DNA of 62,765 bases, the filler included, from Dugesia japonica (taxonomy: Eukaryota): assembly GCA_001938525.1 (NCBI GenBank). It is 7 parts of 7 records of this genome, joined end to end, with 100 filler letters (N's around TTAATTAATTAA, not from the genome) between each part and the next. Parts side by side here need not be neighbours in the genome. Positions count along the whole stretch, not along the records: positions 1 to 8,847 come from MQRL01631706.1; positions 8,948 to 17,285 come from MQRL01544055.1; 5 more parts are not named here. One strand, given 5' to 3'. Of this stretch, positions 1-11,600 are shown one piece after another. The notes under the pieces are model-generated. The model was not told where the DNA came from, made no database searches, and saw only the letters and a program-made list of their open reading frames with translations. Position numbers and translations under genes: made by a program. Numbering within the stretch: position 1 is the stretch's first letter; each line of letters starts with the position of its first letter.

Positions 1-499
1 ATTTTTATAAGATTACTTGCACAACAACTATCGGTAACTTAAAACCGTTTGACTTTACAATTTCTTGTTTATCCTTAAAAGCTCAAGTTAATTATTGTAT
101 TATTCTCCTTATATTAACATAACCAAGACAATGACTACTTTGCAACGAGTGTGTGCAGTAAATGAAGAAATTACGAGTTAAAAAGTTGAAATATCCATTA
201 TCTCCTTAGTCAATCATCGTAGTTACACTATCATTATTGTCATTATGTGCATTATGAATGAGCTACTTGAATATGTTCATCATGCTGTTATTTCAATCTA
301 GCGGAATGATCGAATAAAGCTAGCGAGAGAAAACTTTTATTTCTAAAAATATGTTCTGAATTGGAGTGAAAACAAATTAATGGAATACGGGAATAAATTT
401 CTTCTCGTTAGTAAACAAAAAATGACATTATAATTTATCAAATTTATTATAATATAATTATACAAACATAAAAATTACAACATTAAAACCACATCCTTA

Positions 500-1349
500 C
501 TTCTTTTTTCGATAGATTCTGCAACGGGTTTCAAACAATTTCTCTTGATTCCTTTTCTAGCTTTATTTTCACAAAATTAATCCCGATCTTTACTAATGGC
601 TTTTCACAAAAATATTAAACGCTTTCTTCTAAAATTCTGTGGGTTTATATAGCGTTTTTATTTGCACCACCACTCTGCTCCTTTTGGTCAACTTCTTCTT
701 ATTGGCTCCATGCTTGATTTTCAGACTTTTTCTGCTTCTTTTCTGATATTTTATTGGGGCCGATTTATGGGTACCACATGATTTTCATGACATTGTTTTT
801 TTCATGGCTTCTTATTGGTCCAATCTTCTTGAATCTTTCTTGACCCTCCCAAAGATGTTGTCATTTTTCTTGTCAAAATTGGATTTCTCTTGCTATAAGC
901 TTTTTGATTCTTTTTATTCCGTAGTTTTTTGACCATTCTCCAAAAAGTTATTCACCTTTTTTCGATTTTCATATCAATGATTTTTTTAATTGTACTAGGT
1001 AATTAATTTTTTCCTTTATTATTTCCCAATTTTATTTTTCTTGATATTTAATTAATTCAATTATAATTTATAATATTTTCTTGATTATAGATTGTTCTTC
1101 TTACTATCTTCAATTATTTCATTGTTATTTTCCATATTTCTTCTAACTTCTTTTCTCATATTCTTAATAAATTTTTTGTAGTCATTTTCTTTCTTATTTC
1201 GAATTAGATTTATTGTTAACTTATTGATTGCTCAGTTTTTGAGGGCCTCCGTTGAATTATTTCTTCCTTTCTATCGTTTGATTGATTCCTTTTCTCGACT
1301 TGGGCCCCTGTTCCTTTTATCTTCGTTAATCGGGTGTTTAACCCCAACA
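500..1349 (-). mobile_element. LTR-like promoter segment (TGTTGGGG start, multiple CCAAT boxes, TATA box)
   Basis: The minus strand starts TGTTGGGGTTAAACACCCG at 1349 and is purine-rich, with several CCAAT boxes, CATGTGGT and CTATATAAA near 650. The same start and motif order occur at 14568-15300 (+). The distal end is not defined. Confidence 0.5.
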
Positions 1350-1820
1350 TTATTTTAATCACTTTCTATTGGTTGAAATTATTAATTATTAATTCTTTCC
1401 TTATAGTATGATATATGTGTATCTATTATTCCAAGTTTTCTGAATGGTGAGCAATACCTTAAAACATAAAATATAAATTTAATTAATTGAAAATTAAAAA
1501 GTTGCAAGTTTAAAGAAAAAATTAAAATAAGACAATAAAATGGGGAAATTACCATAATTTAAGAATTTAATCAACAAATTGCAGCCTAAATTATATACAA
1601 GCAAAATTGTATGTAGGCGTTTAAGATGACGCTCTAATTATAATAGTCTGATAATCCGTTGACAACGCTTTAGACTATTGGGGAAAGTTATTATTGGCAC
1701 TAAATATGATGACATTAATCTATTATATTTTACTTAAAGTAATTTAGTGAATATAAACGCAAGAATCATCTGAAAAATTTAGTCGAAAAGAAAATTATTT
1801 ATTAAAGAAATGAACAAAGT

Positions 1821-3590
1821 TCACGGCCGTGATGCCTGGACTCCCTTATCCACCATAAGGAGTGTGAGTGGCATCGCCTTACGTAATTTTAAAATATCAC
1901 CAACCAGTTTATTCTCTCGGTCTTGGTAGGACCGGATGATGTCCGTGAGGGATTCTAACTAAATCTTCCAAACCCTTTCTTGGTGGTGGGATGCCTCAGC
2001 ATCATTCTTAAATTCCAAACATTTCTTCTTATAACGTTTAACTTTGGCCTCCGCAGTCGCAGTGTCGGCTTCCCAACGCCGCATTGCGAGCCTATAAAGG
2101 TCCCAAGTGATTTCTGTATCGTCACTGGATTCACGCAGCTTCTTGGTAGGCGCTACAGGACGATTTAAAGAAGAATTCACTAAAAATTAAATAACGCTAT
2201 TACACGATTATTCAAAAGTAAAAACATGATAGAACTTAACATTTAACACTTAATTAACTTATGAAGATATTAAAAACAGTGGAATAATTGTAGAAGTACC
2301 GAGGAAACATACATTTATTATGAAACATTAAAAAAAGAAATTTCAGAGATAATCCGACTCGAGTTCAGTCTGTGTCAACATTAATAACATTATCGGAGGT
2401 TCCTCCCGCGGTCTGGTTTCGTAGTTTCCATAACGTATTATCTAGATCAACATCTATTCGAGTATTGGATGGCGAATGCGTTGCTGATACAGGAAAGAGT
2501 GCCGGACCTTCTCGCCATACACTGGTTGTTTGGTTGGTTATTGGTCCTATAACTGTGGTGCGGTGGAGCACCTCTTGTGTGCGGTCGGGTCCGCGCCAGT
2601 CGAAAAATGCTTAGCGTTCCGCTGCCGCTCACTCTCTTTCGTTTTCCGCGTCTAAGGAAGGCATGTTAGAATATTCTGTGAGAATCCTTGCATTACGATC
2701 ATGGGGGTTCCAGTACCTTTTAAAAACGACTTTATTGGTCCGGCGATATTATAGGGTTTCCCATACAAATTTCATTTTACAAGTAAATAAACCAAAAATT
2801 TGTTTAAGTTATCATTTTTTTACGGTAAAACAATTAAGAAAAATAACACAAGTAAACAAATATAATCATTCAATTTTAAATCTTGTTTTAAACAGGTAAT
2901 AATGGTTGAATGTTTTTACCCATACCTAATGGAAGACATTTTTTGCATCGACATCTACTGAAGTTACCGAGGGGAACATCTCCGCGAAAAAAGCTAAATC
3001 TGTTTAGTCGGGATGTTCTATTTTACCTCGCGAGAGAAGGTGTGCCAACAACTAAATTTTTACTCAATCATTAACCGCATTTGTGTGTTCATTTACTAAA
3101 TTTCTACTCGGTGGTTGTGCATTCCATTATAGTGAGTCAGTAGTGAAATGAACTTTTGTTTTACGTGGTAAAACTCCTGACACATCTACTGGTGAGAAGG
3201 TGAATATTAACTTATTATTGCCCATATGGAGAACTGATTTGCTTGAATTAGTTATTGAGCTAAATAAGCAGGGGAAAAGCGATTGAGAATAAAGGTGTGT
3301 TTTTTCAATCGAGTTTAACAATAGATGGCAGTTAGTATGTGCTAACCCATTTTCTAAGACTATCTGATCAATCATATTTCCATTGATAAAAGTTTCCATT
3401 ACGATTGCCGACGTGTGAGTGTATAGTGGACTTTTGCGATGACGATACGCGAGTTAATATTTACTATCAGGACACGGGTTATATATTTTCTGGCTGCATA
3501 CAACAGCTAACTTTGGGTGAAATCGTTTTTCTGACCAGATCATGATTGTCTAATGATTTAAATGGAAAAGGAATTTCTGTTCAGGTTTAG
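1821..3590 (-). pseudogene. Copy 1 of dispersed three-ORF module of unknown function (ORF A ~3590-2925, ORF B 2775-2365, ORF C 2179-1821), with in-frame stops
   Basis: Manual translation aligns to 15947-17255. A: LLAHL..HPD*TDLAFFAEMFP..VDVD vs LIGHL..HPNELDLHCIVEFFP..VDLD. B: WETL*YRRT..KRYWNPHDRNA..FFDWRGPDRTQEV vs WEILLDRRT..KRYKNPYNRNA..YLDWSGPNRAQEV. C: TWDLYRLAMRRWEADTATA vs TWDLYRLTKRCWEADTATA. Confidence 0.75.
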
Positions 3591-4149
3591 CTCTAAAATT
3601 AAGCAGATGTTAGCATATATATACAGAATCGATTAACTTTAAATTGAATAACTTTATTAACATTTTACTACAAAAATCACATAAAAAATTTAAAAAACGA
3701 AATAATATTAATTATATATAATATTAATAATATTAATTAAATATATTAATCAGTTGTCCTAATACTAATTTTAAAGAAATTTTAAAAATTTTTAGTTCAG
3801 AAAAAAATTAATTTTATAATATTGTGTAAAATTAATTCATTTTTGAATGAATTTTAATAAAGAAATTTATAAACATAATATTTATAACATAAATTATATG
3901 TATAAAAAACACAAAACAAAATTTAAAAATTTTCAAAAAAAATACAAAAAAATTAAAATTAAAAAATTCTAAGTATAATATATTTATAATATCTAGAAGA
4001 CTTTTCTGTTTTAATCCAAAAAAAGTTTTTTGAAAATTTTTTGAGTTGATTTAAAAATAAAATCATTAAATTTAAAAAAAATAAACCAATAAAATTTTGA
4101 TAAAATTTAAAGAATTTAGTAACAAAGATCTATTGTATTAAGTATCTCA

Positions 4150-4305
4150 AGAAGCCAATATTTTCCTGAAGAAGACTATTGTCGAAAATTTGAACTTTTT
4201 TACAAATAAATTTTATTTTGATCGAAGCTTTACTTTATTTTAATGAAATCTCAAATGCGATCAATGGTTAAGTCCACTAATTATTCTCACAATAATTGTA
4301 ATTAT
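4150..4305 (+). mobile_element. Penelope-like pseudo-LTR fragment with minimal hammerhead motif (4163-4194)
   Basis: TTC-CTGAAGA-A-GAC tatt GTC-GAAA-AT-TT-GAA, followed by the TTTTGATCGAAGCTTT...ATTATTCTCACAATAATTG tail shared with 11500, 24521, 24900, 28463 and 29705. Confidence 0.6.
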
Positions 4306-4333
4306 AAAATGTATTTATCTTTAAAAATGAATA

Positions 4334-5446
4334 ATGATAATAATTTTCAATGATTTACGAAAAATAACAGCTGACATTAAAATTATTAAAACCAATAAAA
4401 TCATTTCATTCATGTTGAATCGATTAATTTTCAGATTAATGAAATTAAGGAAAACATTAAAATACTTGATGATTTTGGTTTTTTTATTAATAATGTGGCT
4501 TCTTATTTATAGAGCAGAAGTTTATCGTTTAAGTTTTATTAATGATATGATTTCGAATAAAAATAATTGCCAAATCGAAACGGTAGATGATTTAATAAAA
4601 TTTGGTAAAAAAAATCAATTTCCAAATGGAATACCAAGAATTATTCATTATGTTTATAAAGATCATAAGTTGCCAATTCAATATGCTCAATATGCCAATT
4701 ATTGTATGAAAATTAATAATGATATGAAATTTGTTTTTTGGACCGATAAATTAGCAGCGAAAATGGTTTTCAAATATTTTCCAAAATATATTTCTGTTTA
4801 TAAAACCTATTTAAAAAAATCTGTTGAATCATTGAAACTTTCTGATATTAATCGATATTTTATTCTTTCAAAATTTGGTGGTATTTATATGGATCTCGAT
4901 ACGAGATGTCAAAAACCATTCCACACTGTAATGTATGATCATTCTTGTTTTTTAAGTACAGAAGTTCATGCTCAAAGTCAGATTTTATGGAATTATGACT
5001 ATTTAGCTATGAACAGTTTGATGGGATGTATACCAGGTCATAGATTTTTCAATTTCATTTTGATGAAAATTGAAAAACATAAAAAACTAAATATACTTGA
5101 ACAAACTGGCCCAATTTGGATTACAAATATGTTTAAATTGTACTTGACAAATTCAAACTATTCTAAAGATTTTTTTAGTTTCGTTGTTCTAGCAAATTCA
5201 TATTTGTTTTCTCCTATAATAGATAAACATTTAGAAATACGATGCGTAAAACCATATGGTGCAGGGAGAGTTAAAGGGTGTAAGGGCCTCATAAAATATC
5301 GACGAATAGAACGTGAAAAAATTCGTCAGGCAGTGACAGTACATTTGTTTATGCATTTAGGCTATGAAGATAGAAGATATTTAATTAAAAGAACTTTAAA
5401 TATTTGCTTGAAATTTAAAGATTTTCACTTAATAATATCTAAATAG
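4334..5446 (+). CDS. Glycosyltransferase family 32 (DXD sugar-binding domain, SUR1/CSH1/OCH1-like), type II membrane protein, intronless
   Basis: Intact 370-aa ORF with an N-terminal TM segment (YLMILVFLLIMWLLIY) and the motifs IPRIIHY, FVFWTD, SDINRYFILSKFGGIYMDLD, NSLMGCIPGHRFF and TGP. The true start may be a later Met. Confidence 0.88.
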   Translation: MIIIFNDLRKITADIKIIKTNKIISFMLNRLIFRLMKLRKTLKYLMILVFLLIMWLLIYRAEVYRLSFINDMISNKNNCQIETVDDLIKFGKKNQFPNGIPRIIHYVYKDHKLPIQYAQYANYCMKINNDMKFVFWTDKLAAKMVFKYFPKYISVYKTYLKKSVESLKLSDINRYFILSKFGGIYMDLDTRCQKPFHTVMYDHSCFLSTEVHAQSQILWNYDYLAMNSLMGCIPGHRFFNFILMKIEKHKKLNILEQTGPIWITNMFKLYLTNSNYSKDFFSFVVLANSYLFSPIIDKHLEIRCVKPYGAGRVKGCKGLIKYRRIEREKIRQAVTVHLFMHLGYEDRRYLIKRTLNICLKFKDFHLIISK

Positions 5447-5597
5447 TAATTTGTTTTTTATTAATGAAAATCAGTCTTTGTCTGGGCATAAATTATGATT
5501 TCTATTTAATAGAAATGTGAATTTCGTAATATAATTTTTAAAATAATAAGATCAATATTGTCATAAAAAAAGTTTTACTGTTTAATAGGTTTTTAAT

Positions 5598-6599
5598 AAA
5601 AAGTTATTTAAGAGAGGACAGTGACTACTATCCAATTCAACCCACTCAGAGTATGTAGTCTTGTCAAGACCTGGAGAAGATTTGTTTGGCGCATTCATTT
5701 ACTTAATAAATTGTTTAAACCGTATAAGACTGATGTAAATCGAAAGGTTATTTAGGTGGAGTACAGCATGGACACCTGGAATAATATTCAGGGTAAAAGA
5801 TAATAGCAGTGGGACGTTGCTTGAAATGTTGGATTATATTACTATCACTTATCAAACTTTAAGTAAGTTTTTATGTATATAAATCTATTTTATTTATATT
5901 ATAGGCAGCTAACCAGAATACAGATTAGTAATATAATGCAATTTTTCACTTATTAAATTTTCAACAGTATAATTGATAAGATATAAAATAAAAATTTGTG
6001 TGTGTGTCATCAATCTGATTATTACATAAGTCATAAAATGAAACATTTAAAACTCTTTGAAATTAATTTTTGCAGTTGTAAACAATAAATAATCTATCAA
6101 TGTTAAAACTTACTGTTATTATTATTATACACACTGAAAACCTTTGATTATAATAAGTTGATAACAAGTTAAAAGCATCGAAAAATAATAGAGCGCATAG
6201 TTAAAGCATGCAGGCGGGCGAAGAAGTACCTCGCACCGGTACTGTGAATTTAAATATTTGTTGACAACATGTCTACTTCATGTACCCTTGACTTCATGAT
6301 TGCTCGATTTTTTGTAATTGCATTAATTCGCAAGAGGCGCATGCGAATACTTTTGATAAATTTCAAGCATGAATTCATTATTTTCCTTGGTCGTCAACAA
6401 CATTTCAAGCCACGTTTCACTGCTATTATCTTTCACCCTGAATATTATTCCAGGTGTCTTTGCTGTACTCAACCTAAATAGCTTTTCGATTTACATCAGT
6501 CTTCTTCGGTTTAAACAAATCTTCTCAAAGTCTTGACAAACTATATACTCTGAGTGGGTGGAATTGGATAGTAATCACTGCTCTCTTAAATAACTTTTT
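5598..6599. repeat. Long imperfect inverted repeat (arms 5598-5831 and 6398-6599)
   Basis: The left arm AAAAAGTTATTTAAGAGAG...GCTTGAAATGTTG is the reverse complement of the right arm, apart from substitutions and a ~30-nt indel. Confidence 0.85.
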
Positions 6600-6639
6600 A
6601 ACAAAGTTCTTAAGTAAAAAGATGTACATAACCAATGGA

Positions 6640-7612
6640 AAAAATTCCACATCATATTAATTCTGAATCCTGGAAAAAATAGTGAACCTCTCTTGGAGAC
6701 CTATTGCTGTTCTGAATACCTTTTAAAGAATTTTTGCTATTATCATAAATTACAAACTCATTCATTGGATTAAAAACGGATTCAATTTCATTGAATACAA
6801 GTTCAGACATCAATGAAAGTGCTAATGAAGCTCGCAAATATATCTAAATTTGAAAGTCAAAATTCTGGTTATTCTATCAATATTATCTCATGGAATTCTC
6901 ATATGGTAGAAAATGAAAAAGTGTTGTTATGAAACATCCAAATTTAGACATTATTCATCGGTCGAAAATCCAAGATGATCAGAAAATCAATGTTATTATT
7001 ATAAAATGATAGCAAATTTCATTACACCGCTGTAATGAAATGAAACAGGCTGATGATTCGAGATATTAAAAGAATAAAGATAAAAAAACATAAAAGAAAG
7101 AATTAATAAATTAAAATAAAACTTTCCAAAAATTGTAAAAATTAAAAAACAATTTTTCTAAAAAATTTGATTGTTTATTTAAGAATTACATTTTTTATAG
7201 AAAAAATGAAAGCATGCAAAAATTTATTTAAACCCCTAAATTATGAATTGTGCGCTCGCTGACGAGTGTATGTATCGTATACATTTGGAAGGAAATTGGA
7301 GGAATCAGTGTGGAAAACGTTGTAAAAGATCCATATTTTGTTGTGTTCCAAAGATTAACACTCTGTTTGTTGCTGGACAGTAATTAAACAAAAGAAACTC
7401 CTGACCGTCGCTTGTTGTTTTGTATACATCTGGTAAGATGAAATCTTCTGCAGATAATGGAACTGGAATTGGATTATTTGCTCGTCGCCGGATGCGTGGT
7501 AGATCATGTTGTAGATTGTGAATAGTTGGCAACTTTTATGCAGTATCTCTTGTTATCGTTGAAACAGGGAGGCATGAGTATTTAAGTGCGCTAGGATCTA
7601 CTTACTATCCTC
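6640..7612 (-). mobile_element. Degenerate MULE (Mutator-like) transposase fragments with adjacent TIR
   Basis: 7305-7532 reads LPDVYKTTSDGQEFLL..RVLIFGTQQNMDLL, the typical pre-DGTF region of animal MULE transposases. 6652-6837 resembles the later LALAF..YF region. A terminal motif AGTAAGTAGATCCTAGCGCAC lies at 7586-7606. Confidence 0.7.
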
Positions 7613-7717
7613 TAATTCACACAATCTTTCAACACCCATATAATAACTCGTATACTTGATTCAATATACTTAATTCATTTACTTAAAACAATCAATCACT
7701 TATTGACTTAGTTATTT

Positions 7718-8847
7718 TGTTAGGGTTGAGTAAATTTGCATTCCAATAAAATATGAAATTAATTGAAACCTGTGAAATAAAAGAATAATGATAATAATTT
7801 ATGCTAAATAATGCAAATATATATTATAAATGTAATTTCAAGTATGTGTATGCATGTGTATATTTGAGTAAAATCTTGAACGTTGGAATTGAGCAAATCT
7901 AAATAAATAAAGTATTAATTAATTAATTAAAATATTATATCATTAATAAGCGGAAGGATGAAAGAAAAAAGAATATAATTAAAAGAAAGATGGGGAATAA
8001 CAAAAATTCAAGAGTTTAATTATACAGTGACAGCTGAAATTAAAACAAGATAAAAACGTGGGAGGTCGGAATAAACATCAAAGTTTTGCTACAGAAGAGG
8101 CGAAAAGATGATAATTGAAAGTTGTCAGAAACTTGACAAGGAAGCNNNNNNNNNNNNNNNNNNNNNNNNNNNNNNNNNNNNNNNNNNNNNNNNNNATTTG
8201 AGTAATGTCTTGAACGTTGGAATTGAGCAAATCTAAATAAATAAAGTATTAATTAATTAATTAAAATATAATATTATTAATGAGCGGAAGGATGAAAGAA
8301 AAAAGAATATAATAAAAAGAGAGATGGGGAGTAACAAAAATTCAAGAGTTTATTTAGAAAGTGACAGCTGAAATTAAAACAAGATAAAAACATTGGAGGT
8401 TGGAATAAACATCAAAATTTTGCTACAGAAGAGGCAAAAAGAAGATAATTGAAAGTTGTCAAAAAACTTGACAAGGAAGCGAAGTCAGAGTCATGGGACC
8501 AGAATGAGACTATATAAGCAAATAGATAAAAGTAAAAAAAAGGAGGAGAACTCGAGAACTTAGTAGAATTTAAAGAATTGTAAAAATTATTAAGAGGGAA
8601 GTCAAAGATAAATTAAAGTAGCCAAGGAGACAAAGTTTATTAAAATAATTTAAAGAATTAAAGGAAATCAAAGGTTTGAAAAAAGAATAAAAGATATTTT
8701 GGAAATAAAAAACGAATTAAAGAAATCAAAGGGATCAAATTGGAATTGTCGAAATAGTAGAAGCTAGAGTTCAATTTAATCATTACTCATCAAATCAAGC
8801 CCATTGACTCAACTCAGACTAATCAATTATCTAACCATCGTATTTGT
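7718..8847 (+). mobile_element. LTR-like segment (TGTTAGGG start, TATA box at ~8510) containing a ~285-bp direct duplication across a gap (7862-8145 / 8196-8480)
   Basis: Purine-rich strand bias and CTATATAAG. Near-identical copies flank the N gap, which may be an assembly or haplotype artefact. Confidence 0.45.
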
Positions 8848-8947
8848 NNNNNNNNNNNNNNNNNNNNNNNNNNNNNNNNNNNNNNNNNNNNTTAATTAAT
8901 TAANNNNNNNNNNNNNNNNNNNNNNNNNNNNNNNNNNNNNNNNNNNN
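8848..8947. other. Artificial scaffold linker (N44-TTAATTAATTAA-N44)
   Basis: Six-frame stop linker. The identical structure recurs six times in the window. Confidence 0.95.
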
Positions 8948-9959
8948 TGTATACATATTGAAATTTGTAAGAAATTAATGGGACTTTTAAAGGACTTGAT
9001 AATATTAGTATGATTTATTGTACTTAATCCATATTTTATTTGTATAATTCTTTAGTCTATGATATATTGAATCTAGTGTATTACTGCTTGAGTTAAGTGA
9101 TTTGTTAGGAATTAATGAAAACTAGTATGTTTTAATGAAAATCAGTCNNNNNNNNNNNNNNNNNNNNNNNNNNNNNNNNNNNNNNNNNNNNNNNNNNNNN
9201 NNNNNNNNNNNNNNNNNNNNNNNNNNNNNNNNNNNNNNNNNNNNNNNNNNNNNNNNNNNNNNNNNNNNNNNNNNNNNNNNNNNNNNNNNNNNNNNNNNNN
9301 NNNNNNNNNNNNNNNNNNNNNNNNNNNNNNNNNNNNNNNNNNNNNNNNNNNNNNNTGTATGAAATACAACCTTATAAAACTCATGAAACCATAGAAAACT
9401 CTAAAAAGCTATGGAATACTTTGAAAACCTTTGAGTATCCAAAAGCAAAAGAATACTCAAAAAAGAATACTTGATTATCCTAAAACCAATGAGTATAGAA
9501 AAAGATATAAAATACTCAAAAAACCATTTAAAATTGCACAATTTATAGTCAAAAGATGAAAACATACAACTTTATATTGATTTTATTAACAATGAAACTA
9601 ATTATTTGGTATTTAAAGAAAAGAAGGAACACAGAAAGCAGCTGAGCAAACAGGTGAGCAGACGAGAAAAAGGAGGGAGAAAGCAAAACAGTGGACAGAT
9701 GATGAAGGATGTATATTTTCTGGAAAAGGATACATTGTAATTCTTAATTATGCAACACATAAGCTAAATAAACCTATTGAATAATCATTTGTCATGAAAT
9801 ATGTTATTTTATCATAAGTATTTCTCGAAAAAATAATTTTTCATCCTCAGTGAGACATGGCACTTGGGAATTTTCTATCTTTTGAACTAAAAGTATTTTT
9901 ACAACAAACCCTACACAAAAACTCGATGCCAGTGCGCTCATTTCTATCTACTAGTAAGC

Positions 9960-11211
9960 ACTATGTCGCCTCTGATGAAAAAACCAGAATTAATTTATAT
10001 AGATATTAACAATCATTATGGTTGGGTATTAAGTCAGAAATTGCCTTATGCTGATTTTTAGTGGGTCTATACAGGTTTAGAAGACATTTTTGATGAATGT
10101 AGATCAGCAGATCTAGTCTCACTACCATATGGATTCACATTGGAATTAAACATGGTTATTCCGACCTAGATACATATAAATTGAACAATTTATCTGCAGC
10201 AGCAGAACATCAAAGTCTACCAGAGTTAAAAGTAAAGATATTATTACTGACTCATTACCCGAAAATGAATTATGTAATTCACGGGAAGCTGCTGCAAATA
10301 TACATACAATTAGGAGTACAGATAACTAAGATTTATAGAGCAGTTAAATTCAAGCAAGCTGCAATTTTTGAAGATTATATTAGAAGGAATATAATATTTA
10401 GATCACAATGTACAACTGAATTGGAGGAAAATTATTATAAGTAACTAAATAATAGTCTGTGCAGAAAGTTTGTAGAGAATTTGAAGAAAAGAATAAATTT
10501 GTTTTTGTGCAATTCAAAGAAAAAGTTGATGACATCTACGTCAAAAGCAAGTTTTAGAAAAACAATCAAAATCATTCAAGACCTCATAGCTGTTCTTTTC
10601 AATTAGGATATTGTATGTTTGGATCAATCAAACTACATTGAAAAGACTATACTGGACCTCTTAAAACTTCGTATGTATCTATTAAAATACATTGAGTTGG
10701 AAAAGTACAGGTGAAAGAAAATCTTACAATAAATATTGTAGCCGCCAATATGGATAGTATTTTACTAGAGATTTCTAATATAAGTTTGGAAAAACTAACC
10801 AGTTTAATATTGAGAGATCAGTTATTAAATACATCCAATTATAGCACAAGCCATCTCTTTTACTCGAACAATTTAAACAGTGTCATCGGAAAATTCAAGG
10901 ATGGGAGTAAAGTGAAGAAATATAGTGAGTGAATATTTTTGAGGCCGAAATGTTATAGCTTACTTAGCGATAAGGAATCGATGAAAGCTAAGGGTATAAC
11001 ACTAAAAAATAGCGGAATCAAACATCAGTCTTATCTTGACTGTTACAATAATTATAAAGCGGTCTCTGCAGATCACTTACAAATATCCAGTAAGAATCAT
11101 CGCCTCTACCGCACAAAAAGCAAAAAGCTAGCCTTATCTAATATGGATGATAAGATAAAGTGGATAAAAAAGAATATAAGTTTACCGAATGGACATTACA
11201 CATTAAGTTAA
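9960..11211 (+). pseudogene. Polinton/Maverick-type protein-primed DNA polymerase B relic (C-terminal half)
   Basis: Motif A YIDINNHYGWVLSQKLPY (cf. YLDANNLYGWAMSQxLP), motif B LNNSLCRKFVENLKKRIN, degenerate motif C (NMDS), VIGKFKD, LRPKCYS..KAKGI and KLALSNMDDK. Multiple stops and frameshifts. Confidence 0.85.
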
Positions 11212-11499
11212 AATAAAATATGTAGTACTTTTTCTCAATAATGATCTCATCAAACAGAAGTTTGTCTCAAGTTGGCAAGTATTTATTTTTATGTTGTAAA
11301 TATTATTTAAGATTATTCTTTAGTATATATAAATTCTTGCTGATCCCGCAACTGCCGCCACATATCAAAGTGATCCGTACAGGTAAACATTTTTTTAAAT
11401 ATTACTTAAAATCTTTTTTATTTAAAAATACATTAGAATTTACTTGTCTGCTCTGACTCATTCTGCTCCTACATTAGAATTTATTTATCTGCTAATCAA

Positions 11500-11600
11500 A
11501 TTTTATTTTGATCGAAGCTTTTTCTTATTTTAATGAAATCTCAAATGCGATCAATGGTTAAGTCCAACAATTACTCTCACAATAATTGTAATTATTAAAC
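11500..11600 (+). repeat. Penelope-like terminal repeat fragment (no ribozyme core)
   Basis: Near-identical to 4208-4305. Confidence 0.7.

Noticed and set aside
1821-3590. Alternative genetic code (TAA/TAG read as Gln), suggested by stops aligning with Q/R in the homologous copy
   Set aside because: Intact host genes (GT32, Ly6) end in TAG/TAA and have no internal stops. The relics also contain TGA stops and frameshifts, consistent with mutational decay.
7862-8480. Paired LTRs of a tiny element
   Set aside because: The copies flank a 50-N gap and lack TG..CA boundaries; more likely a tandem duplication or assembly redundancy.
9135-9384. ORFs made mostly of X (also near 21.9, 27.2, 28.2, 37.0 and 50.3 kb)
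   Set aside because: Artefacts of reading through N gaps.
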